Shown: in pieces, positions 33,221-43,449 of the stretch | How positions within the stretch are numbered: the stretch's first letter is position 1 | Layout of the letters: every line of letters starts with the position of its first letter | From: Minisyncoccota bacterium | GTDB lineage: Bacteria; Patescibacteriota; Minisyncoccia; Phycocordibacterales; PALSA-1337 | NCBI GenBank assembly: GCA_041665325.1 | Contig: JBAYJB010000003.1 | Span: 1,502 to 65,501, forward strand | DNA: 64,000 bases | Direction: 5' to 3' | Translations under genes and position numbers: made by a program | The notes under the pieces: generated by a model | What the model was told of the DNA's origin: nothing | Database searches by the model: none | The model's input: only the letters and a program-made list of their open reading frames with translations

Positions 33221-34123
33221 CTATTTTACATGACCTTCTAACACAAAACGTCTTTTGACACGGTAATCGTATATACCGATGAATCGACAGACGAGACTGA
33301 GCATCGGGGCAGTGAAATGATCGTATTTTTCCTGACTAAAACGATATATAAGTTTGGTAAGTGTGGAATCCGGATGTGTATCTATATATTTGATAATCTG
33401 GAGGGCCGGCATTGTCTTCATGGGACCGCCAGCAAAGTGGATAAAACTGTTCTTGTGATACATTTCCAATATTTTTGAAAGGCTCCGACCGAAAGCCGTC
33501 CGATAACACGCGGCAATCGTATTAAATCCTGACGGAAGCTCTACCCCCCTCTTATCATTGAGTAGATGATAGGAAAGTGGACCATTCTCCCAACATCTCT
33601 GCTCTGGATAGGTATCATAGACCATTTCAAGCATGGGCTTGATATCTTTGGAGACGATGAATACCCCAGTATTCATGAGAACATCGGGCCGGTTGTTTGC
33701 CGGGCACCCATCGTAAAGTTCTAGATCCGTGCGCTTCAGCCCTTTCAAATTGTAAGGATTGTTTGCAACAATTCCCCACTGCATATCACCTATGAAACTA
33801 AATGGATCAGCGGCATGGCTGGTGATATATACATCAGCATCCACGAATAAGGCCCTGCTATACTTTGCGACTCGCGGATGATCAAATATGAGCAGTTTTT
33901 GCCAAGCAACATGTTTATCTGATCTTCGCAGGGGCTGATCAATAATCACCAGCTCGAAGCCGTTTTTCTCCGCATATCTTTCGAGACTTCCGCAGAAAAG
34001 CTTACGGAATTTTATTGAGAAAGTATCGCCAATCGCAATGGTGACCAGAACTTCACGCTTCCTATCGTCGTGGTGGTCGAGGGTCATAATGTGTGGTAGA
34101 TTAGCATATAATCCAACCATCAT
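33221..34123 (-). CDS. Putative GT-A-fold glycosyltransferase (DxD motif FVDADVY).
   Basis: 300 aa, cytoplasmic, with ...ALFVDADVYITS... The family cannot be resolved by eye. Confidence 0.4.
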   Translation of the reverse strand: MMVGLYANLPHIMTLDHHDDRKREVLVTIAIGDTFSIKFRKLFCGSLERYAEKNGFELVIIDQPLRRSDKHVAWQKLLIFDHPRVAKYSRALFVDADVYITSHAADPFSFIGDMQWGIVANNPYNLKGLKRTDLELYDGCPANNRPDVLMNTGVFIVSKDIKPMLEMVYDTYPEQRCWENGPLSYHLLNDKRGVELPSGFNTIAACYRTAFGRSLSKILEMYHKNSFIHFAGGPMKTMPALQIIKYIDTHPDSTLTKLIYRFSQEKYDHFTAPMLSLVCRFIGIYDYRVKRRFVLEGHVK

Positions 34124-34212
34124 GAAAGGTGTCGTTCTATCCGAAGGACGCGATATTGAGGGGATAATTTAGCAAAATACTGCCCCGAAGAAGGTGGTTA
34201 GCAAGAAGTAAT

Positions 34213-35220
34213 ATGCCTGATAATAAAAAAATCCTCGTGACTGGCGGCCTTGGCTTCATCGGAAGTTGTTTTACCGAGATGGCCCTGAAAAGAGGATACG
34301 AAGTCATCAATGTAGACAAGATGACCTATGCTATACGAGAAGATACTGACTTTGAGAAGTACCCAAATTACACTTTCCTCAAGAGAGATATAAATGACCT
34401 TGTGAAAATACCCCCTGAAGTGAGTTGGGTCATTAACTTTGCGGCCGAATCTCATGTAGACAACTCCATCAACGAAGCTGCGCCGTTCTTCCGGAGCAAT
34501 GTCGGCGGTGTATACCACCTGCTACAACTTCTAAAGGCCATGCCAGCGACAAGGAGGCCTACCCTGCTACAAATATCGACTGATGAGGTCTATGGAGATA
34601 TCCTAGAAGGATCATTCTTCGAGACTGACATGCTCAAACCTTCTAGCCCATACTCTGCGAGCAAGGCGGCGGCGGACCAGCTGGTCATGGGCTGGGGACG
34701 GACATACGACATACGCTATCGCATCGCGAGAAGTAGTAATAATTATGGTTATGGCCAGAGAGCTGAGAAGCTGATTCCTAAAGCTATGAAACTGGCTATC
34801 AGAGGTAAAAAGATACCTGTGCACGGTGATGGGTCATATCGCAGGGAATGGACCTTTACTGAAGATAATTGCGAAGGTCTGTTTGCTATCATGGAAAAAG
34901 GCACTGATGGAGAGATTTACAATATTTCAGCCCGGGAGGAATTGACCAACCTGGAGGTGATAAAAAAGGTGCTTGGAGTGATGGGAAGACCGGATGACCT
35001 ATACGAATTCGTAGAGGATCGTCCGGGACAAGACGTGCGCTACTCCATAAACACTGACAAGATTCGTGCACTAGGTTGGAAACCAGCCATGACACTAGAC
35101 CGCTACTTACCAATCTGCAAGAAACTCAATGAGGATAGAACACGTTCTATGCCGCCCGGCAAGAAAGAGCGTCTAGCAAAAATCTTTGGCCTCAAAAATA
35201 TACTTTATCGGAAGTCGTAG
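34213..35220 (+). CDS. rfbB: dTDP-glucose 4,6-dehydratase.
   Basis: ILVTGGLGFIGS...YxxxK (YSASKAAAD) and overall RmlB-type SDR organisation. 335 aa. Confidence 0.85.
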   Translation: MPDNKKILVTGGLGFIGSCFTEMALKRGYEVINVDKMTYAIREDTDFEKYPNYTFLKRDINDLVKIPPEVSWVINFAAESHVDNSINEAAPFFRSNVGGVYHLLQLLKAMPATRRPTLLQISTDEVYGDILEGSFFETDMLKPSSPYSASKAAADQLVMGWGRTYDIRYRIARSSNNYGYGQRAEKLIPKAMKLAIRGKKIPVHGDGSYRREWTFTEDNCEGLFAIMEKGTDGEIYNISAREELTNLEVIKKVLGVMGRPDDLYEFVEDRPGQDVRYSINTDKIRALGWKPAMTLDRYLPICKKLNEDRTRSMPPGKKERLAKIFGLKNILYRKS

Positions 35221-35714
35221 CGCTCCTTCAGTGCCTGGATGATTGGAATATGGATGAGCAGAAGGTCCTCTGGCATCTCTGTCAGAGGAAAGAACTTGGC
35301 GATATCACTCTCCTCGACATTGCCCGGCTTCTCGCAAACAAACATAAGAGTGATGACATCTCCACGGGGGCTTTCGCCGATGCCATTGCCGGGTTGATAT
35401 TGGAACCATCTGTAGAACTCGTAGGGTGTAGATGACGACATACCCATCTCACTCGTGATGACCCTGTCTAAGGTATCCTCGAATTTCTCGTTCGGGAGAT
35501 GGATAGAACCGGGTATGTGCCAACCCTTGAAGAATTCATCCTCCCTATAAGTAAGAAATATCTCACGTACTCCATCATTATTCCTCATGACCGCCAATTC
35601 TGCTGCGATTGTCGGAAAGGCTAGACACCAAGCGGAAAAAACTTCAGGAGGCAATGGGAATGTCACCTTGCCCATAAGCTTGATAAGCTCGTTCTGTTCT
35701 TGAGATGCCAGCAT
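35205..35714 (-). CDS. Hypothetical protein with a degenerate Nudix box. Possible nucleotide-sugar hydrolase.
   Basis: GSIHLPNEKFEDTLDRVITSEMGM partially matches Gx5Ex7REUxEExGU; the two Glu positions are replaced. 169 aa. Confidence 0.35.
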   Translation of the reverse strand: MLASQEQNELIKLMGKVTFPLPPEVFSAWCLAFPTIAAELAVMRNNDGVREIFLTYREDEFFKGWHIPGSIHLPNEKFEDTLDRVITSEMGMSSSTPYEFYRWFQYQPGNGIGESPRGDVITLMFVCEKPGNVEESDIAKFFPLTEMPEDLLLIHIPIIQALKERYDFR

Positions 35715-35754
35715 GGCTTTGCAATAAAGTTATATGCTGTAGAATAACATACAT

Positions 35755-36450
35755 ATGAAAAATCCAATAAGAAAAATGCTAAACAAGGCCGGATTAGACC
35801 TGCGTAGACACCACCCCGAAGCCGACCGCCTGGCCTGGCTGTCGGGCATGAATATCCAGACGGTCTTCGACATCGGCGCCAATATCGGGCAGTTCGCCAC
35901 GGAGATCCGCGCCGCGTTGCCAGATGCACAGATCTACTCCTTCGAGCCACTCGCGGGATGCTACGGTAAGCTCGTCGGTGCATTCAAGGGTGATCAGAAG
36001 TTCCGCGCTTTCAACTATGCGCTCGGGGAAAGAGCGGAGAAGATCGCCATGAATAGGAGCGCTTACACGCCGAGCTCTTCCCTCCTGCCTATGGCCGATT
36101 CGCACAAAGAACTTTTCCCTCACACCAAAGATTCCTTGCCGGAGACCATAGAGGTGCGACGGCTAGACGATGTCTGGGCCGAACTCAAGCCGGTCGGAGA
36201 AGTCCTCATCAAAGCTGACACACAGGGTTACGAAGCCAGAGTCATCGCCGGAGGCCTAGAAGCGTTCAAACAAGCAAGGGCCGTACTCATTGAAGCTTCG
36301 TTTGTAGAACTATACGAAGGCCAACCGCTTTTCGACGACATATATCAGAAGCTCAAAGCTCTCGGTTTTGTCTATAAGGGCGCCTTGCACCAGAAGATCA
36401 ACAATAAAACAGGCGAGGTCATATTCGAGGACGCGATATTTACGCGTTGA
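35755..36450 (+). CDS. FkbM-family methyltransferase.
   Basis: VFDIGANIGQFATE...IYSFEPL...NYALGERAEKIAM...IKADTQGYEARV. A TAGAAT box sits 9 nt upstream of the ATG. Confidence 0.8.
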   Translation: MKNPIRKMLNKAGLDLRRHHPEADRLAWLSGMNIQTVFDIGANIGQFATEIRAALPDAQIYSFEPLAGCYGKLVGAFKGDQKFRAFNYALGERAEKIAMNRSAYTPSSSLLPMADSHKELFPHTKDSLPETIEVRRLDDVWAELKPVGEVLIKADTQGYEARVIAGGLEAFKQARAVLIEASFVELYEGQPLFDDIYQKLKALGFVYKGALHQKINNKTGEVIFEDAIFTR

Positions 36451-37492
36451 TTGCGGCAATAATGTCTTGAGCCAGCTTTCGCGCGGTCAGCTTCTCATCG
36501 AAGAGGCGGCGGCCAGCATCCGCGATCTCCCGCGCCAGCTGCGGCTCATTCTTGAGCTTCAGGATCTTGGCCGCGATGTCCTCCGGGTCTGCCAGATTGG
36601 TCATGAGGCAATCCTTGCCGTTTGTAAGCAATTCAGATACTCCTTGAGCGCGCCCAGTCACATACGGCATCCTCATAGCCAATGACTCGAAAGCCTTATG
36701 GGGGATGGTGCGCTCTAGACGCTCGTGAGCCTCGAACTGGCCGAGGGAAACATGACATTCGAGTGACTTCCTCCTCAAGACATCCGGCGGCAGGTGCTCT
36801 CGAATCCATTCGACATTTTTCGGCTTCAGGCTAGCGATGAGGGCGGAGATTGCTGCCACTTCGTGGCCGCTACCGATGATGCGGATATTTACATCGGACT
36901 TCTCCAAGAGCTTAGCAGCTTGCACGATGTATTTGACGCCCGCTTCAGGCAGGAATCGGCCACGGAAGACAGCAGTGAACTTCACCCTCTTCGAGATTCC
37001 CTGTTCTTCGCGATAGATATGCTCGTCAGCCCCCGTGAAAATCCTGAAAACCTTGTCGGGCGAGAGTGAAAACTGTTTGATGAAGTATTCTTTCTGTACA
37101 TTCGTCTCCACCAAGATCTGGTCGGCTGCGTGGATTGCCCGGCGGTCGATGAGCCTGATCCAGGCCTTCATGATGGGATTGGATCGGTATTTGCCACGTG
37201 AGATAACTTCACCCTCGTAGAGAGTACAGAGAGCGTCGAAGATGACGGACTTCCTCGAGAGGTGCTTGGCGAACGGCACCATGATATGACCGGGGTAACC
37301 GACGATGAGAGCGTCGTAGCCACCGGACGCAATGATAGCGGCATGCTTGCGCCAGAGCCGCCAATATTTGATAGGACCCCAAGAAGTATCGCGACATTCG
37401 ACAACCTCGATGCCATTCTGCCTCAAGCCGGAGATGTAAGGTTTGTTGCGGCCAAAATCAGGATTGTATATACCAAAATAGCAGAGCTTCAT
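36440..37492 (-). CDS. GT4-family (GT-B fold) glycosyltransferase.
   Basis: C-terminal domain has HKAFESLAMRMPYVTG (EX7E-type). Its N-terminus MKLCYFGIYNPDFGRNKPYISGLRQNGIEVVECRD is paralogous to the N-terminus of 42394..43449. Confidence 0.7.
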   Translation of the reverse strand: MKLCYFGIYNPDFGRNKPYISGLRQNGIEVVECRDTSWGPIKYWRLWRKHAAIIASGGYDALIVGYPGHIMVPFAKHLSRKSVIFDALCTLYEGEVISRGKYRSNPIMKAWIRLIDRRAIHAADQILVETNVQKEYFIKQFSLSPDKVFRIFTGADEHIYREEQGISKRVKFTAVFRGRFLPEAGVKYIVQAAKLLEKSDVNIRIIGSGHEVAAISALIASLKPKNVEWIREHLPPDVLRRKSLECHVSLGQFEAHERLERTIPHKAFESLAMRMPYVTGRAQGVSELLTNGKDCLMTNLADPEDIAAKILKLKNEPQLAREIADAGRRLFDEKLTARKLAQDIIAAINA

Positions 37493-37506
37493 GACCTTAC
37501 ACTACC

Positions 37507-39264
37507 TCAAAAAGGTAGATTAACAAAGTTGAGTATCAGAGAATCCATGAAGAAGCTGGCAATGATATATATGATGAGGATCGGGACAAATAGGTACCAG
37601 TACCGCTCGAATCTCTTGAAGAAGAATGAGGCGATGACCACTAGGGCCGGCACCATGACAAAGGCGATGCGCTGAGTGATGGCAGGCCACAATAGCATGG
37701 GCGCGGCTGACAGCAAGAAGCACAGCGTGAAGGCTTTGATGTTCCGACTTGGATGACGCCAGAGGTAATAAGCCCCGGCGATGACCAGGATCGCCAGCAG
37801 GTTGGTGAGCGACCCCATGACCTTCACGTATTCGACCACCCTTGAAGAATAGTGATAATAACCCTGTGCAAAAGAAAGCCAGTCAAAATAGGTATAGTCG
37901 TATATGCGATAGACCGCCAGGTGGAGGATGAGTGTCGGAATGATCATGATGAGCACCGGTCGCCAGATCTTCTTCAGAAATATCGTGACCGACGGGAAGC
38001 ACTCATATATGAGGTACAGGCCGATGAGACACGCCCCGAGGAGTGCATACTCCTTGAAGAGCCCACCGATGCCCACAGCTAGAGAGGCCAACCAGAGGTA
38101 GCCCTGTCGGCCCGAGCGCGCGTAGCACAAGACACCCAGGGCCGAGGCGATATAGAATACCCACCCACCGATATCCATGAAGTAACTCAAGCCAAAAGTG
38201 ACCATCGCGTAGTTCCCTGCCAAGAACAGCGCCGAGAGCGTGGCCACCTTGTCACTGCCATGGATGCGCTTGATCAGTTCGTAGAAGAGTAGCGTGGAGA
38301 TAACATAGAAGATGACATTCATGATGAGCCAGCCGTTGTCATAGCTTCCGAAGATCTTCGACAAGCCGGCGATAGTCCAGAGTCCGCCGGTGGCCGTCAG
38401 GATCCTATTCGGCACAAAATGCGTTGGGGCCTGCCCGTGCTCCAGAATGCTGATGGCCTGTATGTATGAGGGCGCGTCGCTCATCGGATCGATTTGGGAA
38501 TGGTATACCATGACTGAAGCCGCCACGAGTGCGGCTGTACATGCGAGGCAGGCGATGAAGTAGATGCGCTTCTGGACTCGGCCAAGGCTGCCAAACCATT
38601 CCTTGAGGATGAGAGCGATCGTCTGAAAGCCATCGCGATATCTGATCTTCTTGCCGTGAGCGGCGTCGCGCGGTGCATAAGTGATGGGCACTTCCCTGAT
38701 ATCACAACCAGCACGAATGGCACGCAAAGTGAAGATAACTTCCGAGTCGAAGCGGCCCGGACCGAACAAGCCCTTCAACTTACCCGGGAAGAGCTTGTAG
38801 CAAGTCCAGATGTCTGTCAGATTGACGCCATAGAGGATGTTGACCATCTTGGTGATGATCCAGACGCCGAGACGCGAGATGATAAAGCCTTTGCGTGTGT
38901 GGCCGGTGATGTTGCGGGAGCCATACACGACGGAATCATCGCCAGTGATGGCTGCGACTAGATGAGGAATTTGGTTGGGATGATATTCCAGATCGGCGTC
39001 CTGGATGAGGATGAAGTCCCCTTTCGCCGCCGCTAGACCATCTTTGACGGCCGAACCCTTGCCTCCGTTCGTAGTCCGAAGGATGATACTGGCCTTATCC
39101 TTGAGCCCAGCGAGGATATCGCGAGTGCCGTCGGTGGAACAATCGTCGACTACCACGACCTCGATCTGCCAGCCCGGGATGGAGACTGCGAAGACTCGCG
39201 ACAAAAGCTCGCGGATAGTCGCCTGTTCGTTGAAACTCGGGATGATGATGGAGAGAGTTTTCAT
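37507..39264 (-). CDS. Fusion of a GT2 (DPM1/GtrB-like polyprenyl-phosphate glycosyltransferase) domain with a ~330-aa polytopic membrane domain (possibly GT-C-like).
   Basis: N-terminus LSIIIPSFNEQATIRELL...VVDDCSTDGTRDIL...ILIQDADLEY is GT2. The C-terminal half has ≥9 predicted TM helices. Confidence 0.7.
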   Translation of the reverse strand: MKTLSIIIPSFNEQATIRELLSRVFAVSIPGWQIEVVVVDDCSTDGTRDILAGLKDKASIILRTTNGGKGSAVKDGLAAAKGDFILIQDADLEYHPNQIPHLVAAITGDDSVVYGSRNITGHTRKGFIISRLGVWIITKMVNILYGVNLTDIWTCYKLFPGKLKGLFGPGRFDSEVIFTLRAIRAGCDIREVPITYAPRDAAHGKKIRYRDGFQTIALILKEWFGSLGRVQKRIYFIACLACTAALVAASVMVYHSQIDPMSDAPSYIQAISILEHGQAPTHFVPNRILTATGGLWTIAGLSKIFGSYDNGWLIMNVIFYVISTLLFYELIKRIHGSDKVATLSALFLAGNYAMVTFGLSYFMDIGGWVFYIASALGVLCYARSGRQGYLWLASLAVGIGGLFKEYALLGACLIGLYLIYECFPSVTIFLKKIWRPVLIMIIPTLILHLAVYRIYDYTYFDWLSFAQGYYHYSSRVVEYVKVMGSLTNLLAILVIAGAYYLWRHPSRNIKAFTLCFLLSAAPMLLWPAITQRIAFVMVPALVVIASFFFKRFERYWYLFVPILIIYIIASFFMDSLILNFVNLPF

Positions 39265-39980
39265 TTCAGTCTTTTGCGCAAGCGGAATAGGTCGCCGAAC
39301 ATCTTCAGAGAATCACCGAACAGCGAAACCTTGGATTCGTCAGTATCTCGCCAGATGATGTCTATTGATCGGATGGTAAATATTTGTCGGACCGAAACAG
39401 CCAAGAGTTCCGTGTCGAAAAGAAATCCGGTCTCTTGCATCCGTGAAGCGATCTTGAGGAATGATTCCTTCTTCATAGCCTTGAAGCCGCACTGATGGTC
39501 ATCAAATGTGGTGTCAAGAAGAACTCGCACCATGAGATTGTACACCGCCGAAACAGCTTTGCGCGTGAATCTCTTGGAAAAGACCTGTGAACTCTTGCCA
39601 AGTCGATTGCCGATGGCCAGATCGGCGCCCTTGACGATTATTTCATCTACAAGCGGTAGAAATGAATTAAGATCCGAGGATAGGTCGGTATCCATGAACG
39701 AAAGGACATCTCCAGTGCTCCCGCTCCAAGCCGTCCTGATGGCTAACCCCTTCCCTTTCTGTGTGAGATTCAAAACTCTGACTTGCGGAAAATGTTTGGC
39801 CAGATCAGCAGCGACCGCGGCAGACGAGTCAACGCTGGCATTGTTAACCAGTGTGATGACATGCTTATATGGAAATATACTATCCCGCAAAAATCCGACC
39901 AGTCGCTCGACCGATGAACGCAAAATCTTCTCTTCGTTGTAGAGCGGGATGACTATATCGATAAGAGGGTGATCGGGCAT
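39261..39980 (-). CDS. GT2-family glycosyltransferase (DPM1-like, soluble/peripheral).
   Basis: IDIVIPLYNEE...VNNASVDSS...LSFMDTDLSS. 239 aa. Confidence 0.75.
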   Translation of the reverse strand: MPDHPLIDIVIPLYNEEKILRSSVERLVGFLRDSIFPYKHVITLVNNASVDSSAAVAADLAKHFPQVRVLNLTQKGKGLAIRTAWSGSTGDVLSFMDTDLSSDLNSFLPLVDEIIVKGADLAIGNRLGKSSQVFSKRFTRKAVSAVYNLMVRVLLDTTFDDHQCGFKAMKKESFLKIASRMQETGFLFDTELLAVSVRQIFTIRSIDIIWRDTDESKVSLFGDSLKMFGDLFRLRKRLK

Positions 39981-39981
39981 G

Positions 39982-41433
39982 TTATATCTTTTGCCTGCGA
40001 GCTAAGATCGAATACTTATAGACCTTGGCGATCTCCGTATAGTGATCAAATACGCCGGTTTTATCGGCTTCAAAATAGTTGGTTGGCGCCACTACCTTGT
40101 CGACTCTTCCAGCAGCGAGTACCGGCAGATTCTCCGACCCGAGCGAGCGATCGAATAAGATGATGTACTGATAATAATTCCGCCCGTGCATGAATGGCAC
40201 GACATCAGGAGTATTGTAGAAGAAGACCGACTCGGAACCCTTGATCTCGTTTGTGAAATAAGCTTGCAGTGAAGCCGTTTTGTGGCTCGAATAGGTTTGG
40301 GCTACCCAAGAGTTGAAGCCGAGTTGATATACGCCGAGGATGCCGAGCAGAATGATAGCTATCACATACATCCGCTTCGCATGCCAAACTGACACCTTAC
40401 GTGAGATAGCTTCGGAGATATAGAGCAGTGAATATGGAAAGAAGATGAGGGAGAGAAGCTGTGCTGGCAAAAGATACCGATACAAGCCCGGGGTGCGCAA
40501 ATAAGCAAAGAAGATGAGGACGGAGAATGCGAAAGCAATGATCTCTTCGGCATGCAGCTTGATCCTGGCCTTGATACGCATGAAGAAAGCTACAGCCCAA
40601 ACCAAGAGGAGCGATACGGTGTAGAGCGGCCCGACATCCGAAAATAGATGGCGGATATTGTTGAGGATGACCCCCCTTACATCAGTGAGACTGTATGGGT
40701 TGGCATAATAATTCAGAGTCTCGGTGAGTGAATCACCGGCACGGAATTGGACAACGAGCCAGATAAGCACGGGGATGAACATACTGGCCGCGCCGATGCC
40801 GATCTCCTTCAGTGACAGGGTTCCCCTTCTCCATTCGAGATATGAGGCAATCAGGATACCAGGTACGATCACGATGAAGGTCGGCTTAGTAGCCACAGCA
40901 AGGCCAGCCAACAACCCAGAGAGGACGATCCAGAATATCTTGCGGGCGTCATCGGCCCTAACGTTCCACGACGAGATCAGGAACAGAAGCAGATAGAAAA
41001 GTCCGGGAACTTCACCCATGACACTCTTGCCATTGCCATAGAGCGGTGGGAAGGTGGCGACCATGGTTAGCACAGCCAAAGCCACAACGGACCCGTACAT
41101 CTTCTTGGAGAGGAGGTAGCTTGCGGCCACGAAGCCGATCAGGAAGAGAGCCATAAGGAAGCGTGCCTGGAAGATGCCGACTGAGAAGATCTTAAACCAA
41201 AGGCCAAGCGGGTATATGAGCGGATATCCGACGGTCAAGAATGTAGTGATGTGATTTATTTGGCCCGGGGCCATCTGTATTCCGTCTATGCCCGTAGTCG
41301 CCAGATTGGCCGAGGTCTGGAAATACCAGCCTTCATCGAACATGAATGACGGGCTCTCAGTAAGATGAAAGAACCCGAAGAATATCACCAGAACGAACAA
41401 GGCTATGAGACAAATTTTCTGAGTGGTCGACAT
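39982..41433 (-). CDS. GT-C-fold membrane glycosyltransferase (ArnT/PMT, GT39/GT83-like; phospholipid-carrier dependent).
   Basis: 483 aa and polytopic. The N-terminal loop FMFDEGWYFQTS matches the DE motif of PMT/ArnT-type enzymes. Confidence 0.65.
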   Translation of the reverse strand: MSTTQKICLIALFVLVIFFGFFHLTESPSFMFDEGWYFQTSANLATTGIDGIQMAPGQINHITTFLTVGYPLIYPLGLWFKIFSVGIFQARFLMALFLIGFVAASYLLSKKMYGSVVALAVLTMVATFPPLYGNGKSVMGEVPGLFYLLLFLISSWNVRADDARKIFWIVLSGLLAGLAVATKPTFIVIVPGILIASYLEWRRGTLSLKEIGIGAASMFIPVLIWLVVQFRAGDSLTETLNYYANPYSLTDVRGVILNNIRHLFSDVGPLYTVSLLLVWAVAFFMRIKARIKLHAEEIIAFAFSVLIFFAYLRTPGLYRYLLPAQLLSLIFFPYSLLYISEAISRKVSVWHAKRMYVIAIILLGILGVYQLGFNSWVAQTYSSHKTASLQAYFTNEIKGSESVFFYNTPDVVPFMHGRNYYQYIILFDRSLGSENLPVLAAGRVDKVVAPTNYFEADKTGVFDHYTEIAKVYKYSILARRQKI

Positions 41434-41498
41434 GGCAGTATTCTGTGATAATATGTTGAAGCAATTGTAGCCGAAATCCCCAGTAAAAACCAGACTTT

Positions 41499-42401
41499 AT
41501 GGAAAATCCCGCGGCTTCTATCCTCAAGAAAATAATCTCGCTGGTCCCTAAGAAGGCAGTGCGCTTCAGCTACCTCAAACTCTGCAAACCTAAGCCCCTG
41601 AGAGCCCTTGCTGACGGCCTCATCAGGAAGCTCACACCCATCCAGATCGTCCTGCCCGAAGGAACCGTCTTTCTGGACCAGAACGATCCGGCCGTATCGG
41701 GTGCGTTGGCCATGGGCGCACATGATCCATACGAGATCGAATGCTTCCGGAACGCGCTCAAAACAGACATGAATGTCGTCGACATCGGCGCGAATATCGG
41801 ATACTACACCGTGGTCGCCGCCGGGCGAGTCGGGTCGCAAGGAAAGGTGTTCGCTTACGAGCCGGAAAGCCACAACTTTTCCTTGCTCGAGAAGAATATC
41901 GAGGCCAACAAGTTCACGTGGACCACACCAATCAAAGCTGGTCTCTCCGACAAGCCCGGCAAGCGCATTCTGTTCGTAGCCGAAGAGCACACCGGCATCC
42001 ATTCATTTGCGGACAACCGCGGCGCTGGAAGTGGCGTAGAGGTAGAGACGGACACGCTCGACCATTCTCTGGAAAGTTACGGCTCACCCAAGATAGACCT
42101 GATCAAGATGGACATCGAAGGAGCAGAGATATTGGCTCTCCAAGGCATGAAGCAGACATTTGCGCGCAATCCGGGACTCATCCTATTTATCGAGCTATAT
42201 CCCCAGGCTATCGAGAGGTTCGGCCACAGAGCGATCGAACTGCTCGATATCCTCAAGGAATCTGGGTTTACGCTGTCGATCATTGATGAAGACAAAAAAG
42301 CCATCACACCTCTGCCAGAAGCTGAGTTCAGATCATTCATAGAGAGCTTCCCCGCCACGGGCGAGGTCGCCAAGAATATATACGCGGTCCGTTCTAGATG
42401 A
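41499..42401 (+). CDS. FkbM-family methyltransferase.
   Basis: VVDIGANIGYYTVVAAGRVGSQGKVFAYEPESHNFSLLEKNI...IKMDIEGAEILALQGM. Confidence 0.8.
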   Translation: MENPAASILKKIISLVPKKAVRFSYLKLCKPKPLRALADGLIRKLTPIQIVLPEGTVFLDQNDPAVSGALAMGAHDPYEIECFRNALKTDMNVVDIGANIGYYTVVAAGRVGSQGKVFAYEPESHNFSLLEKNIEANKFTWTTPIKAGLSDKPGKRILFVAEEHTGIHSFADNRGAGSGVEVETDTLDHSLESYGSPKIDLIKMDIEGAEILALQGMKQTFARNPGLILFIELYPQAIERFGHRAIELLDILKESGFTLSIIDEDKKAITPLPEAEFRSFIESFPATGEVAKNIYAVRSR

Positions 42402-43449
42402 CCTTAGAGAGGATATCCACGAGCGACTGCGCGACTTCTGTTGGCCGGTGCTTACACGCTGTATCATAGCCATGTTTGGCCAAAGAATCTCGAAGTGATT
42501 TGTCAGCCGCTAGTTTGGTGATACCGTTTACTATCGACTGCGGATCATTCTTGACCAAGAGCATGTCTTCGTCCGTAAATATCTCTCTCACCGCCGGCGT
42601 GTCCATAGTGATCATCGGCCGCTCTGTCGCTAAACCCTCATACACTTTATTTGGTATCACTCGCATGGTCTTTGCCCGGTCGCCGAATACGCCGAGGACG
42701 ATATCGGCTTCGGCTAGATAATTGTTCAGATCGGTCAGGGGGACATTGCGATCGATGAACTCTATATTGTCGAGCTTATATCTATCCGCAAGACTTCTCG
42801 CCAGAGGCAGTTCCCTGCCAGCTCCGATCATCCTGAATCTCAAATCTTTTTTGTCTCTGCATAGATTGACTGCCTCGATGATATTGCATGCACCCTGCAG
42901 GGGGATGTAGGTGCCGTGGAAATGAACTAGTGTGTAGTCTTTTTTTGTCGCGGGCTTTGGGTAAAATACTTTGTCGTTTATGCCAAGATATACAGTAAAT
43001 ATCTTCTCGGAATTAACTAAGAACCATCTGGCCCAATACTCCTTGTGCTGTTCTGTGTCGGCAACGATCATGTCTGCAAACATGAGGCCAAACCAATCCA
43101 ATATCAATAACTTGAGCGCCTTGGGTCCGAAACGTGAGTATTTCCGCCGATCATTCACGACCGAATCGAACATGGAGTAGAAGGCGTCCGACACGACCGG
43201 CTTCTTCGAGATCATCTTGGCTAGGATAGTCGAGACCGGAGACGGATACGCGGCATAGACGAAGTCATAGTCATCACGGAGCGCGCGCAGGGACTTCTTG
43301 AGCTTGGCGTATCTCTTTGGGTCGCGCCAATCTTCGCGGCATTCGACGACGTCGACGCCGGCCTGGCGCAAACCGGCCAGGAGGATGGCATTCCGGCTAT
43401 AGGCCGGGTCGTATATCCCAAAGAAACATATTTTCAGCGGCTGGCCCAT
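42394..43449 (-). CDS. GT4-family glycosyltransferase, paralog of 36440..37492.
   Basis: MGQPLKICFFGIYDPAYSRNAILLAGLRQAGVDVVECRE N-terminus and a GT-B C-domain. Start placed at Met48 of the listed ORF. Confidence 0.65.
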   Translation of the reverse strand: MGQPLKICFFGIYDPAYSRNAILLAGLRQAGVDVVECREDWRDPKRYAKLKKSLRALRDDYDFVYAAYPSPVSTILAKMISKKPVVSDAFYSMFDSVVNDRRKYSRFGPKALKLLILDWFGLMFADMIVADTEQHKEYWARWFLVNSEKIFTVYLGINDKVFYPKPATKKDYTLVHFHGTYIPLQGACNIIEAVNLCRDKKDLRFRMIGAGRELPLARSLADRYKLDNIEFIDRNVPLTDLNNYLAEADIVLGVFGDRAKTMRVIPNKVYEGLATERPMITMDTPAVREIFTDEDMLLVKNDPQSIVNGITKLAADKSLRDSLAKHGYDTACKHRPTEVAQSLVDILSKVI

